In this document: positions 1-12,055 of the stretch, piece by piece | Numbering within the stretch: the stretch's first letter is position 1 | Layout of the letters: the number at the start of each line of letters is the position of its first letter | Assembly (NCBI GenBank): GCA_002633005.1 | Contig: NMRA01000098.1 | Location: forward strand, 793,042 to 857,041 | Direction: 5' to 3' | DNA: 64,000 bases | Source: Phoronis australis | Lineage: Eukaryota; Animalia; Phoronida | Made by a program: the position numbers and the translations under genes | The notes under the pieces: generated by a model | The model's input: only the letters and a program-made list of their open reading frames with translations | What the model was told of the DNA's origin: nothing | Databases searched by the model: none

Positions 1-3000
1 TAAAATTGATAAGATGTTTCTTTTCTATTGTCGCAAGGATTACCCAGATTCTTTACGGAACTCAACACGGGTATATGAGAGGAATGTGCCAGCCTATCAT
101 TTTTCGTATTAAGTAGACCACCTGTGTTTCCTAGTAACCATTTTAGTTTTTGGCTAGGCATTAATTGTCAATCCATTGTTGTGAAAACAACACAATCCCC
201 CAGATGCTTGTCTTTTGATAAAATATGATACAAGAACTGAGCGGAGATTTTGCTTCTCAAAACTGTTGGGTAGGGCTGGAGGTTATTTACAAAAAGTCGT
301 GGCACACATATTTTTGCTTTCACTCACACTGTTTCCAATCAGGAAATTCCTACAATTTTTTATGCAATTATAAAATATTTAGCTCATTTGTATACAGGTA
401 TGTCTGTAGATATTTTACAAATCTGTATCCATATCCATTTGTCATTTGGGTGTAAGAAAGTAGGGGTTTCAACGTTAACTTTATTTCAGTGATATTTTAA
501 CAGTGATTATATTTTACACTGTCACCTTAACTTTCCATTGCCTGCAGGTAATGTTATCAATTTGTGAGCCGGCATTTTTTGTATTGTATTAGGTGAAATA
601 AAGTATTTAAAAAAAAAATAGTAAGGTACCCAGACACTCCTTTTGTAAGTTGTTTTGGAAGACTGCTTTTAACGGGATTCAAAGTGTTTTGGGTCTTAAC
701 GCCATGTATTTTCAGTCCATTTCTTTTTCTGGTGTCATAGTGTGCTGTATGCAAATCATGTCTCTTCAATCATAATTTTCTTTTTTTTCTTTCAGTTGTC
801 ATTGGAAGTTATATGTACGTGCTCACAGCATCCAATCAAAAAGTGTATGTCTGTAAGAGACACTACAACTCACAGGAACCAGTCACAGCATGATCGGGAG
901 CCAATATAAAGAGACAGTAGCACGGGAAGTGCTGTCCAGGATGAAATGTACTCCTTGCACAATTTCTGTATGGATTGTAAAGCAATTTATGAACGTGAGG
1001 AGTAATTATGGTCACACTAGGACAAAGTGTGGATTATGCTGTTGAAGTCATTTTTGTTAATTTTTGTAAAGTAACTTGACATATTATATCGTCATTTCAA
1101 GTCTGGTGTTAGTTTTTCTTCAGCACTTTTATTTAGGTCTGTTTTCGGTACTCGTCCATGTAAATGGAACGGAAATCAAGGCTGTTATCCACCAGATAAA
1201 TACACTTCAAATACTGCTCTTTATCAAGTGAAGTTTAGCTCCATTAGCAGAGCATTAGATTGTGACAGCAAGGGGTTCAGCTTCAATTCTGCCCCGAGGC
1301 TGATGTAACTTTTAATAAGACAATTATTAAAACATGGTATGCATCTCACCTGTTGGCCAACAGGTGATATGCAGACCACTTAAATATTTTTGTTCTAGGT
1401 TTGCACACCGGTTTAATATTTACATAATTATTCACAAAGACCATTATTATTTACACAGCCAATATCCTACTTTGTGATTTGTACTGTGTAGTTAATGCAG
1501 CTCATGACGTGGGAATAGCCTTTGCAGACCTTGCTACACTGAGAATAGGCTAGGCATGGTGGTTTACCCAGTGTTCTCTTAGTACATCAAAGCAATTCTG
1601 GCAAAGTATGCCCCAGGTAAGCAGCAAGTCGAGCCTGTTCATAAGACATGCTGGAGTTGCTTGAACGGGTAAATCTTCATTAGAAAGTTGTGGGTCTGTA
1701 ATTATTTCTGTCAGATTAGGTTAACTTCATTGTATTGGAAACACAAGGGGTATGGTAATGCCCTGTCTGCAGGGGTGAGTGGAATGTAATTTGTAAATGC
1801 AACTTAGAAGTCAAGTTTCAAAAAATGTAAATTTACCACCTGGGTTTCAATAAATTTTACATTGTCATTTGAAAATGTTCCAGTTGACTTCAGTTGCCAA
1901 TCTTTTTAAAGCACATGCTAAATTGTTCATTTTTCTAAAACAATGAAAGCTGTCCATCAGAACTTAACTTTTATTCTCATTGTACAGTAGTTGACCAGTT
2001 AACAACCAATAAAGTTACGCCACTCAAAAATAGGTCACAAATAACAAAACTAATTAGTAGTTAATAGATTAGGTAAATATGGAACCGGCACATTCTAAAT
2101 GTACAGGTACGTGGAACTTGTAGTACTTGATTACATAAATTACATAAATTTGGCACTCTAACAAATCAGAATCTTGCACATTAGTTGCGATAAACTTGAC
2201 TTTTAATGTAAAATAATTCTACTTGACTTAGTTCACTTACTGTGATAAAATTTGCCTCAAACTGAAGTTTACAACAAATATGAAGTAATATCTGGGCTTG
2301 GGAAGAGCTGACAGTTTATTGCTGAAGACAAGACTGTGTTGGCTTGAAAATGCGTGTCATTTTACGAGGATGAAACATTTGATATCTTGGTATACAATTT
2401 GTGGACTAGGACAACACAAAACAGTCGTGTATCTAATATTGTTATCTGCTTGTGGCTGTGCTCCAAAGATGGCCGTGAGCAGTACTGCAATGTCGGTTCT
2501 TCCAAAGCTGATGAACCAATTTTAATGTGGGTAGAGAAAAGAATTTGTAGCGGTGGTTTGAAATGTGATTTTTTTACTGAAGACAGGTACATTGTAGTCC
2601 AATTTTCTGTTACAATTACTGAAAGGCACAAGAATCAGATTTGGACATAATTAATCAGGGCAACAATACTATTTAAATGTAAAAACGATAAAAAGTTTGT
2701 CTTTTTTCACAACAAATACTCGACTGGTAAAATACAGATACTAATACATAGCCTGGCACAAAATATTCCTTAAGTTACAAATGAAACCTGAATATAACGC
2801 TTAGTATTAAAACTTACACATAATTAATAAAACTTCTAAAGCAGCTATAAACCCACAGTCTGTCAAAGATGCAATCAATTGTTTTAGACCACTTACTAAA
2901 TAAAATTGGTATGAATTAAATTGTTCGTTACTCGCATGAGAAACTATTCTGGATTTACTGACATCACATTATTTCTCGAGACCATGCTTGGCGCACACAG

Positions 3001-3499
3001 TGATACATCATGACAAGCCAACTTCTAGAACCTGGTGTCTAGCAATGAGTTGACAGTTTTCCAAGTCATGAAACGGCTTTAATTTAACAAAGGAACGAGT
3101 AGAGACCAATCTTATAATGATAAGGGATCTAAACCAAAGGTTGGTCTTCGTGAAAGAAGATAAGTTTATAGCCTCCGTAGTTATGGCATAATTAAATACA
3201 GCTTCACCATTATTACTTCCCACACACCAAAACAGAAGCAAACATTTAATAACTATATGTAAAGTACATGTTCTAGCTCATAAAGATTTTCTACAATTAA
3301 CATTTTTTAAAATGTTAACTGTAGAAATTGCCTTAAACGGCATAAAAGATAAACAATGGCACTGGAATTTTCAATTTCACGTCGCTGTAAATAACTAAAT
3401 ATGGTGGAGCTATTCTCAACGCTTTTCATCAAAGGAAGTCAAATTACAACAGCAATGTGGAGCATTGAAATGGGCCCAGGACTGTACCGCACAGGGTAT

Positions 3500-4425
3500 G
3501 AGAGATACTTAGTAACAGATGCAAAAAGTGCCACTAGGAGGCACCACAGTAGTCCGAGTCATCCTCTTACAATAGAAAGTAAATGCTAGTATTCAAAATC
3601 ATCCTTAGAGTGCTTAGGCTGATAGAGGGCAGATGCCAAAAATAGACCAGAAAACAGTTTGAATGGCCACTAGATGGTCCAAAATACATCGAATCCATCT
3701 GAAAATGGTGGCGTGTCATAGTTTCTTTAACAAAAAACTATTTACCAAATTTCTTAAAATCAGTCAAAGAACTAAAGAGAAATGGAGGAAAATGGAAAAT
3801 TATTCCCACTAGGGGGCAAAGTGTTCATCGGATCTATACAAAAGTCATTGCTGCTCATCCTCAAGTTAATATAGTATAGTAAATGTAATAAAGATCCTGC
3901 AGCGGGTTTAGAAGAAACACCCATGGGAGCGAAAAAAACTGGCACAAGGAGGCGCCAAAGTAGTCAAGTCCTTGGAAAATCATCGTCAGCCATCCTTTTC
4001 ACAGCAGAAACATGCTAATTTTCACAATCATCCTTGAGTGATTTGGTAGATAGAGAGGCAGATGCCGAAAAGAGTAAAATGCTCACAAGGTGGCGCAAAA
4101 TACGTCAAATCCAACCAAAAACGGGAGGATAGCGTCATCTCACAAACATGTGCCTACCTGCCAAATTTTATGACAATCCGTTTAGGACCTTTGAAGATAC
4201 AGACTGATGTAAACATAAAAACTAAAATTGCCACTAGGAGGCACATCGGTAGTCCGATCCCTTTGAAACTTGGCTCATCCTGCCTCATCTATGAATGGAA
4301 CAAATGGGGAGAATTTCATGAACAAACATCAAATTTTTGTGGAGATAAAGCAGTGGAAAGGCTCCGAATGGAGGGACAGGATGACAGCATAATGGGCCCA
4401 CATATCAATAAGTTGGCGCATAAAA
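3500..4425 (+). mobile_element. Non-autonomous Helitron/Helentron-like repeat with recurrent CCACTAGRKGGC motifs
   Basis: Internal repeats gccactaggaggc and gccactagatgg, and a 3' hairpin-like end (cataatgggcccaca...ttggcgcataaaaa). Related copies at about 7200-7345, 21950-22860 (inverted) and 38870-38960. Family assignment is an inference. Confidence 0.5.
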
Positions 4426-5377
4426 ATCTATCCAAAACATCTTCAGGATATTCTATATCTGTTGATAGGAAGCAATGGTATACAAAAACCAAACAGTTCT
4501 AATGGCTCATTTTAGTGGAAAGTGCAACTAAATCTTGTTTAATCAATTCTGTGCAAAAGCATGCAAATAAACAATTGAAGTGAAAGTTATATTAACTAGA
4601 CATTTTTGTCACGGTTACTTTTAAATGACATTATTGTATTTTGCAAGTTGTAAATGTAAAGAGCATCTAAAAAATAAAAAAAAAATAAATAAAAACATGA
4701 ACACTACAAGGGTGGTTGTCTGATTAATGCCTCTATATTATCCACTCCACCATTAGCTCAGTACCCAGTATTAAAGCCCCATACAAACTTTTGGTTTCTC
4801 TCAAATAAGCCGACCAACAATTTTCCTCGCGCAAGCCCTCAGATACCACCGTCACATACAGAACATTCCTTTGTCCTGGTAGATTGAATACAGTAATACA
4901 GCTGAGAAAAAATCATAAAGGGCACCAACAAATAACACGAGAATCTCCAATAGAATGAAAACAAGGCGACAAAAGTGTTTCATGGATATTTGCACAGCAC
5001 TGTGGATAACTTGCATAATTTGGTACAGCAGTACTGACCTCGTGTATAAGTCCATCCTGATTACCTCTCAGTTCATGTAAAATCCAGCTTTTCTCTTCCC
5101 CTGTCACGAGGCAGTTATTGAAGAGCCTCCCAAAAAGATCTCTCAACAGAGCACATTCTTCAAATGTGTGATATCATACAACCCCGTGGGCATTAACTAT
5201 CAGCCAAAGCACCACATTTCTACCCTGACTGCCTACGAGCAGAAATACCAAACCCTGTTATTCTTTACTTCATTAGAAATAATAATGTTCAGGCTACCTG
5301 GCTACATGATTTAGCACAAAGTACAAGTGAGACCTAAAATGCTGTGCAAAGTTAGTTGACAAATAACGGGAGACGAG

Positions 5378-6991
5378 TCAGCCAATTTCATCATAAGCAG
5401 GAGGAGAGATGTTATTGCTCAAGAGCTCGTCCTTTGGCAAAAATGTTTCCATAGCCGAACATGTATCATGTATTCTTTCCGATGACTCTTCAGTAAATTC
5501 GTGTTGTTTATCTTCCTCAAACATCTCTCCTTTATCAATCTCATCAATGTCGATGTCTTCATCTTCTAGAACACTCCGTGCACGCAGCAGACCAGTGCAA
5601 TACACTGTCATCACAAACACAAAACTAAGGAAGATTCTCTCTCTGTACTTCTCATACAGTTCGTGAACAAAAATAAAACAATCCCACATAAAGCCAAATA
5701 GAATAAATAAGAGATTCAACAGGTATTTCAACAAAGCAAAAAAGTAACTCAAAACAACTCTCAGTTGATCGAAAAACAATTTTAACCACAGTCGTACGAC
5801 ATGATAAACCTCACGTAAATAAACAGCAATCTCAATGAGTATGGAGTAGACAATCTGTAAAATGAAATCCACAATAAGCCACACATAGTAGGTCATATAC
5901 CCGACTAAATTCCATGCGTAATACGTTACCATCGCGACATAGTAAGCCACTGCTTTCCCAGCATCATAAGCAAGCCGAGTGGTTGTCGTAGCAACCCACC
6001 CAGCACTGGACAACTTGTGTCCAGCCTGTGTCCAGTTGCCCTGGTATACGTCCATAGCGAACCCAGTACTTCCTGCGACACCACCAATTACAGCAAGCAT
6101 GCCCACCCATAAAGCAACTTTCCTCCACTGCGGCAGATTTTGATACCAGTCCACTTGATCCAAAATATTATTTTTCAGTGCATTGAAAGTAGTCAGTACA
6201 GTATTCTTAATGCTCTTCACTTTTGCCACAATCCCGTTTTTGATCGCTGTTACACTTCCAACAAAATTGTCCTTTAAACGCTTTGCACCAGATGTAATTG
6301 CGATACGAATGCCAACAAATAAGTTAACAGTTCCATTTTTGATAGCGCACACACTTCCATAAATGGCATTCTTGGTACTCACTACAACTGAAACAGTACC
6401 ATTCCTGATTCCGAACACAAACCCAGTGAAACCATCGTAGATGCTGAGAAAGAAACCGACCATTCCATTTTTAATTCCGACAAAGAAATTCACAATTCCT
6501 GTAAAAATTCCATTGATTGTATTCAAAATGGAGTTTTTAACAGCCAACAAACAGTTGACAATTCCATTCTTAAATGACACAACAGCATTCACAATACCAT
6601 TTTGAATAGAAATTATTGTATTTACAATGCTATTTTTTATATTCGTAATACATCGTATTACTCCATTGAATATTCCAAGAATTGTACCAACTATTGCATT
6701 CTTTATACCGCATACTCCATTGACTATTCCATCGCGAACTGCAATAACAGTGTTGACAATAGCCCAATAAACAGATAAGACACTGTTGACAATTCCGTCT
6801 CGAATACCAATAATAGTTCCGATGATGGCCAACTTTATTGCCAGGCAAAAATTCCTGACGGCCAGAATCTTGTTATTTATGTAGGTGGCAATGGCATCCC
6901 GTACGTTGGTAACTTTGTTGCAGACGGAATTGCGAGCCCGGTCCAACTGGTGTGTAGTGAATACAACTGGATGACGGACCGCCTGCCACAT
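5378..6991 (-). CDS. Uncharacterised membrane protein with long 11-mer amphipathic repeat region (single coding exon, about 537 aa from MWQAVR)
   Basis: 1.6 kb open frame. A polypyrimidine tract and AG acceptor (ttttctttattttgctttccag) end at 7007, with an in-frame ATG at 6991. About 21 tandem 11-aa repeats (IVNxxxxIKNG-like) are followed by hydrophobic segments (VALWVGMLAVIGGVAG; IFLSFVFVMTVYCTGLL) and an acidic tail ending PPAYDEIG. Confidence 0.8.
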   Translation of the reverse strand: MWQAVRHPVVFTTHQLDRARNSVCNKVTNVRDAIATYINNKILAVRNFCLAIKLAIIGTIIGIRDGIVNSVLSVYWAIVNTVIAVRDGIVNGVCGIKNAIVGTILGIFNGVIRCITNIKNSIVNTIISIQNGIVNAVVSFKNGIVNCLLAVKNSILNTINGIFTGIVNFFVGIKNGMVGFFLSIYDGFTGFVFGIRNGTVSVVVSTKNAIYGSVCAIKNGTVNLFVGIRIAITSGAKRLKDNFVGSVTAIKNGIVAKVKSIKNTVLTTFNALKNNILDQVDWYQNLPQWRKVALWVGMLAVIGGVAGSTGFAMDVYQGNWTQAGHKLSSAGWVATTTTRLAYDAGKAVAYYVAMVTYYAWNLVGYMTYYVWLIVDFILQIVYSILIEIAVYLREVYHVVRLWLKLFFDQLRVVLSYFFALLKYLLNLLFILFGFMWDCFIFVHELYEKYRERIFLSFVFVMTVYCTGLLRARSVLEDEDIDIDEIDKGEMFEEDKQHEFTEESSERIHDTCSAMETFLPKDELLSNNISPPAYDEIG

Positions 6992-8190
6992 TGTGCAACA
7001 GCGTTTCTGGAAAGCAAAATAAAGAAAACTTGGGTGAATTTTCAAGACACATTTAGTGTAATGGAACCTTTGACTTAATACTCAAAGAATATTTTTACTA
7101 ACTTAAAGTTAATTGAATGATTTGGGCAAATGGCACCATTTCAAACAAAATGTTGTCTACCTAAGACCTGTGGATATCAATTTTGTAATATTTCATGAAA
7201 ATGCATAAAGGAACTCTGAAGATACAGAGGAAAACATAAAACATAAAACTGCCACTAGGGGGCATATCAATGGAGATAGCAGCCGACATCCAATGGACTG
7301 GTACGACAGCAAAATCCATTGAAATACATGTACGTGGGCACATAAAAAAGGTAAAAGTTTACTGACAGGTAAATCTAAACCAGTTGAGTTTTCTGGTTTT
7401 ACTCAAAATGTATCGCCAGCTTATGACGAGAACTATAGGTTGGCAATTAAGTTACCCATGAGGATTACCAACACTGCTCAAGACTGGGCAACCAACTTGG
7501 ATGACTGGTGTCAGAGTGTCAAACAGCCTATGTAAGTGCAAAGCTATATAAGTATACATTTTTGCACTGCTGTGGGTAAAAATTTGCCAAATAAAATGTG
7601 ACACAAAATTAGCATCATTAAAAATAAAACTCTTACTTGGGAAAACTGAATATCTGCCGGAGCTAAAAAATTATTTTTCTGCTAATATTATGAAGCGATC
7701 CTAAGCAACCACTTTCAGTGCCATGAAATACAGCACCACCTGTTCACCTTTTTCTGTTTGTATCACTGACTCTTCAATAAACTTTCAACAGCCATTTTTA
7801 ACACAGCCCGCCCACCAGGAGATATGATGTCACACGGCAACTGAACAAAGGACTGCTAAAAAGTTTGATTATGGCAGTATTTGTTCGAGTTGGAAGGAAT
7901 TGAAGACATCGATGGCCTCCTATAAAGACCTAAGCCTTAAGCTTATCCTTAGCCTAAGGCTTAGGCTTAGCTGCAGGATAAGTTGTCTCTCTTTGCGCAA
8001 AAGGTACTTAATAATTTTGGTGTTTTAATCAGTATGCAGGGAAACATATACCCAGGTTTAGAAACCCTGTGTGCCAGCTGGGCGAGTGAGGTAGAAAGTC
8101 GCCCGGCCGTTTGCGTCTGTCACAACAAACTTACTGCCAGCGTCAATAAAAATCATTGTTTCGGGCATTGATGTCACCAACTATTTGATC

Positions 8191-9037
8191 TACCATATTC
8201 GCCCTAATAAGCGCCCAGGGTGCTTAGAAAAATTCATTTCGGAAAGGGGCGCTTGTTGTAGCCTGAGGCGGTTGAAACCCAGTCTCCGAAACAGGTGAAA
8301 TCGGAAGCTAGGGTTCATCAAATTTACGCGACTCATCAACACTGGTCAAGTTTCGATTCCTGGTTTTTACGTGTACAAAATAATCTGGATTCCTGTTAAG
8401 GGAGATCTTGACAAACACACAATCATGTTGTTGTCACATGACGTTTGTTTTGAAGTTCATCTGCGTGTGTTTGCCGAGTGAGGGTGCATGTGCGTGTCAT
8501 CAGAGTTCATTTGCCTGAGTAGCAGGCCTACGTTTATGCAGCGCGTGCTTCCTAGCCACGTGCTTTTAACACTGGTCAAGTTTTTTTATTAATCTTCAAT
8601 TCGCGGTTTCCACGTGTACAAAGAAGTCTGGATTCCTGTTGAGGGAGAAGATTGTACGGGAAAGATACAATATAATCCCGTTGAAAAGTACGCTGTGTCT
8701 GTTCTGAAAGGCCTGACCACAGTGGGACCGTTTCCTCACAAGATCAGCAAAACTTATGTGTTCTTTTTGAAGCACTGCGGAAGTTTGAGGTGTACAGCCA
8801 CTGCTAAATACCGTCATAGTGGCGAGACTCGTGGTCTAGGAATTCCAAGCACAATGATTTTTCAGGACTGTCGGATATTATTGATAAATTGAAGACACTA
8901 TTGTAGAATTTTAGAACTGCAGGTAAGGCATTTTTCGCATATGTACACGTTCATGGACTGGGCGCTTATTTTAGCGAAGTCTGAAAACGAGTGAGGGGTG
9001 CTTATAGGAGCATGGGCGCTTATTAGGACGAATGTTA
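8191..9037 (+). mobile_element. TA-flanked pogo/Tc1-like TIR element carrying a HIRAN-like ORF remnant
   Basis: TIRs taccatattcgccctaataagcgccc and gggcgcttattaggacgaatgtta. Internal frame 8596-8892 reads SIRGFHVYKEVWIP...NPVEKYAVSVLK..TVGPFPHKIS...GLGIPS. Confidence 0.65.
8596..8892 (+). pseudogene. HIRAN-like domain remnant
   Basis: Matches the pattern RG(Y/F)HVYK..W.P..GE...N..D.YAV.V....VGH.P..IS..FL...G...C...R......LEIP. No ATG. A partial second copy of its 5' end lies at about 8340-8410. Confidence 0.55.
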
Positions 9038-10039
9038 TCATATAATAATTTTGGTTAAAATGACATTGTACATTACAATAAGAAACCAGATCCAAGAAAT
9101 ATGGTATTTCACTTGCTGTGATGAGCACATGGACCAGTCTTCCGCCTTTCCCCCCTTTTCTTCGTTTCAGACTAATCAAAAATTCCTTTGTGCATGACCA
9201 CACACTGAACTCTTGTCTAGACGAATCTCGTAAGGATCGATGTTTTTTACTGCTGGAGCATCGACACGCTGACCAAACCGAACCTTAAATTCATGATAAA
9301 AACAGCATAAGGAGGAAAAAATTTATTCATGTTCATCTGGAAAGCAATATGCTTTTGCGATCTAAAAATTCGCTAGCCACTGGGGCGATCGACAAGTCAA
9401 CTTTTACTTGCCCAGCACCATTTTTACTCACATTGGCGAGTGGCTAAGACCTGCTTTCGAACACTCGCACAACAATTCGTGTCGTGAACTGTGCTATATA
9501 CCTAGTCCTAGCCAGCCAGCTAGCTGTATGAAGACTGTCGTCAAAATACAGCTAGGTCCCAGTGCGTGTATTTCTTCCGTAGACCCCGAAATTGCACGCA
9601 GCCAGTGTAGTTCTGCTCGTCACCGCGCCGTGAAACTTGTATCAACATGTAAAGCTAAAGACCGGACGGTGTGCATGCAAAATCTGGGAGTCAACCGACA
9701 CTCACCTTGCCCGTTATAGCCGTTTAAGTGAAAAACAATGCAATAAACGTCATTTTCTTGCGTAACTCTCTGCCTTTTCTAACAATGATAAGTATTTCGT
9801 CGTTTTGAAATTCGATTTTTCGGTACCAAAATTCTAAAAACTTTTAATGAAGTGAAACCAGTTCTGATAATTTGTTGTGACGTGTATGCAATCTTGTGAA
9901 AGAACAACAGTTCATTGAAGAATCGGCGAAAAAAAGAAACTGGAAAATACTGCCAATAGGTGACGCAAAATTTCATGGCGCCGAAAGCCGTCACTAAGGA
10001 TCGCTCCACAACTTTAGCAGCTGTAGTAATAGCCGAGAT

Positions 10040-10110
10040 TACCCGACCCGGGAATCGAACCAGCGAACCCCATAACACCGGCAAGCGTGCTAACCATTCA
10101 GCTAATAGGC
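10040..10110 (-). mobile_element. tRNA-derived SINE head / tRNA pseudogene
   Basis: Minus-strand A-box TAGCTGAATGG and B-box GGTTCGATTCC at tRNA spacing, without a clean anticodon or acceptor stem. Confidence 0.6.
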
Positions 10111-11329
10111 AATTGCCCGTTAGCGAGTCGCTAACACTAACAAAGGCTCATATAATTCACCAGAAGCACATCTACAACACAGCAGAATAACGGTTGAACG
10201 CCATTTTTGCCAACACCGTTAAATAATTTAATTTACTCAAGGAAGGCTGTAGTTTTTAATGACACTAATTTTGTGTCAGATTTTATCTTACCACTTTTTT
10301 ACCCACATCGGTGCAAAGCTGTATACTGGGGAACCCAATGTTCGTCCGCCTAAGCATAAAACCGACTTGCTGTTGTACTCACCGAATTATTCCACTTCAA
10401 AGTTATGATCTGAATAGGATTCGATTTAACTCTCACAGATATACCGCATTCATCGATTCGGAAGTTTTCTTTAATTTGTGCCGAGTTATTTCAAATGTGC
10501 ACTGCCTTCGGCAGCCATTTTATTGTGACACCTAAGTTCGTCATATGCTGCCCCCTTTTGTAAAAACTGAGAAACATGCAGAAAAAGGCCAACGAAGTAA
10601 TGAAAATTGCAACAGCCTGTTTTTATTGACATAAACTCGATTTGAAGCTTTGATGTTGAGCTCTGCACTGTGGTTTCCAATAAAAGCCAATTGGACAACA
10701 TTTCAATGCAGTTTAATGGTGAACGTGAGGCAAAAATGTTAAGAACCCAGCGTATCGCATTTGTCTGCGGATTTTTCCTTTGGCCTTCTAGATCCTACTA
10801 GTGCCTGGGACAAACAGATACATTGCATAAACAAACCCTGGATCATGTTTTGTGTCCCGTCGGAAGAAAATTTAAATTCGAAAACATCTTCTGAAAACGC
10901 ACAAAAAAGTGTATTAGTAAAATCTACTGATTTTTAAGTGGTTTTAAAAAACAATCGGTAAACTCACCGATTTTTGTCTCATTACTTTGATACGTGTTTC
11001 TCCCGAGAGGTTAGTACCTAACGTGAAGACGAGCACTCCAAATTGGAACGCTAAGTCCCGCGTGGTTGCGCTGCACGCGAAACAAGATGGCGGACGAACT
11101 TTGGAGCCTGACGAAAATAGGTAACCGGACGATATATTTATATTATGCACTATGCAGCAGCCTTTATACCAAGGCTAACCTAGTCCTAGCTGTCTGTGTT
11201 AGTGTGTATCCGCTGACTGGGTAGGTTTCAGCGAAGTACAAATATGTGATTACCAAAATTACTTACGGGGCACTGTCATTGAAGGAATATCAGTGCTTGT
11301 TCTGAACACAATTCACAAGTTAACACCTG

Positions 11330-11687
11330 AACGCCGAACGCCTGAACGGGTGTAAGGAGAAACCCGGAAGCACAAGTTTTTCTACGACGGCCCAATAACA
11401 TTTATTTACCAATTTAAACATAATGCATTCATAAACGTTAATTTTTCTTTTTCTTAAATTTTTTATATATTAACTTTAATATTTTAAGGTAATTTATCAA
11501 AATAAATATTTACGTAGCTGAAAGTTAGTTTGGAGCGTTTTGATTACGTCAAATTGCCGTCACGTCAAAATAGTCCAATTATATTAAGCGTTTTCTTCAT
11601 GCGCTTTGCGCCCGTTCGGTCTTTTGTGCGCCATTCCACCGCTGTCACGCTTTGTCTTCAGATTGGGACTTCGAGTTTCTTCACACA
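11330..11687. promoter_or_regulatory. Probable promoter of SUMO, possibly bidirectional
   Basis: Lies directly upstream of the SUMO ATG. Contains ETS-like CCGGAAG (about 11364) and CRE-like TGATTACGTCA and CGTCACGTCA (11541-11567). A strong minus-strand donor GTAAGT at about 11261-11266 suggests a divergent first exon. Confidence 0.4.
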
Positions 11688-11711
11688 ATGTCTGAGCAAC
11701 AAGAAAAAAAG
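11688..11711 (+). CDS. SUMO: SUMO exon 1 (MSEQQEKK)
   Basis: ACAATG start, 24 nt, followed by a GTGAGA donor in phase 0. A very short first coding exon is typical of metazoan SUMO genes. Confidence 0.7.
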
Positions 11712-12055
11712 GTGAGATGTTCTATAATTGCCCGGCAGATTTGATTTCGAAACCGTGCACTATACATGAGGAAATTTATTATGACCGTCGAATGTGTCGA
11801 CCATTCCGTCGTCTTGCGTGAATGGTGTCGATCGTGCCCGGCAGCTCAGCATGTCTTTCTCGTTGCCCGGTGTTTCAATAGTTCAGGGATCTCCATTGTG
11901 AGATAGATGTCAATCTGATTAAAAAATGTGTATGGTACACAAATGCTCTGCTAAGTCACAACAGTGTGACCTACGTGATTCTTATATTTTGCTTTTTACC
12001 GGTTTTCTCCTATCCGTCGCCCTGCCGTAGACCTTTGCCATAATGTCCATAGCCA

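Noticed and set aside
796-1010. Possible terminal exon or piggyBac cysteine-rich remnant after a strong acceptor
   Set aside because: All frames stop quickly and no convincing motif could be reconstructed.
1235-1300. tRNA-like sequence
   Set aside because: A and B boxes are too degenerate and there is no cloverleaf; at most an old SINE fragment.
5378-7045. Prophage tape-measure gene / bacterial contamination
   Set aside because: Only the periodicity is similar. The ORF has a spliceosomal acceptor, lacks phage neighbours and is embedded among eukaryotic repeats.
11086-11125. AAGATGGCG...AG/GTAACC as an alternative first coding exon (MADELWSLTKI)
   Set aside because: A phase-1 end is incompatible with SUMO exon 2, and the same YY1-like motif recurs in several repeats in this window.
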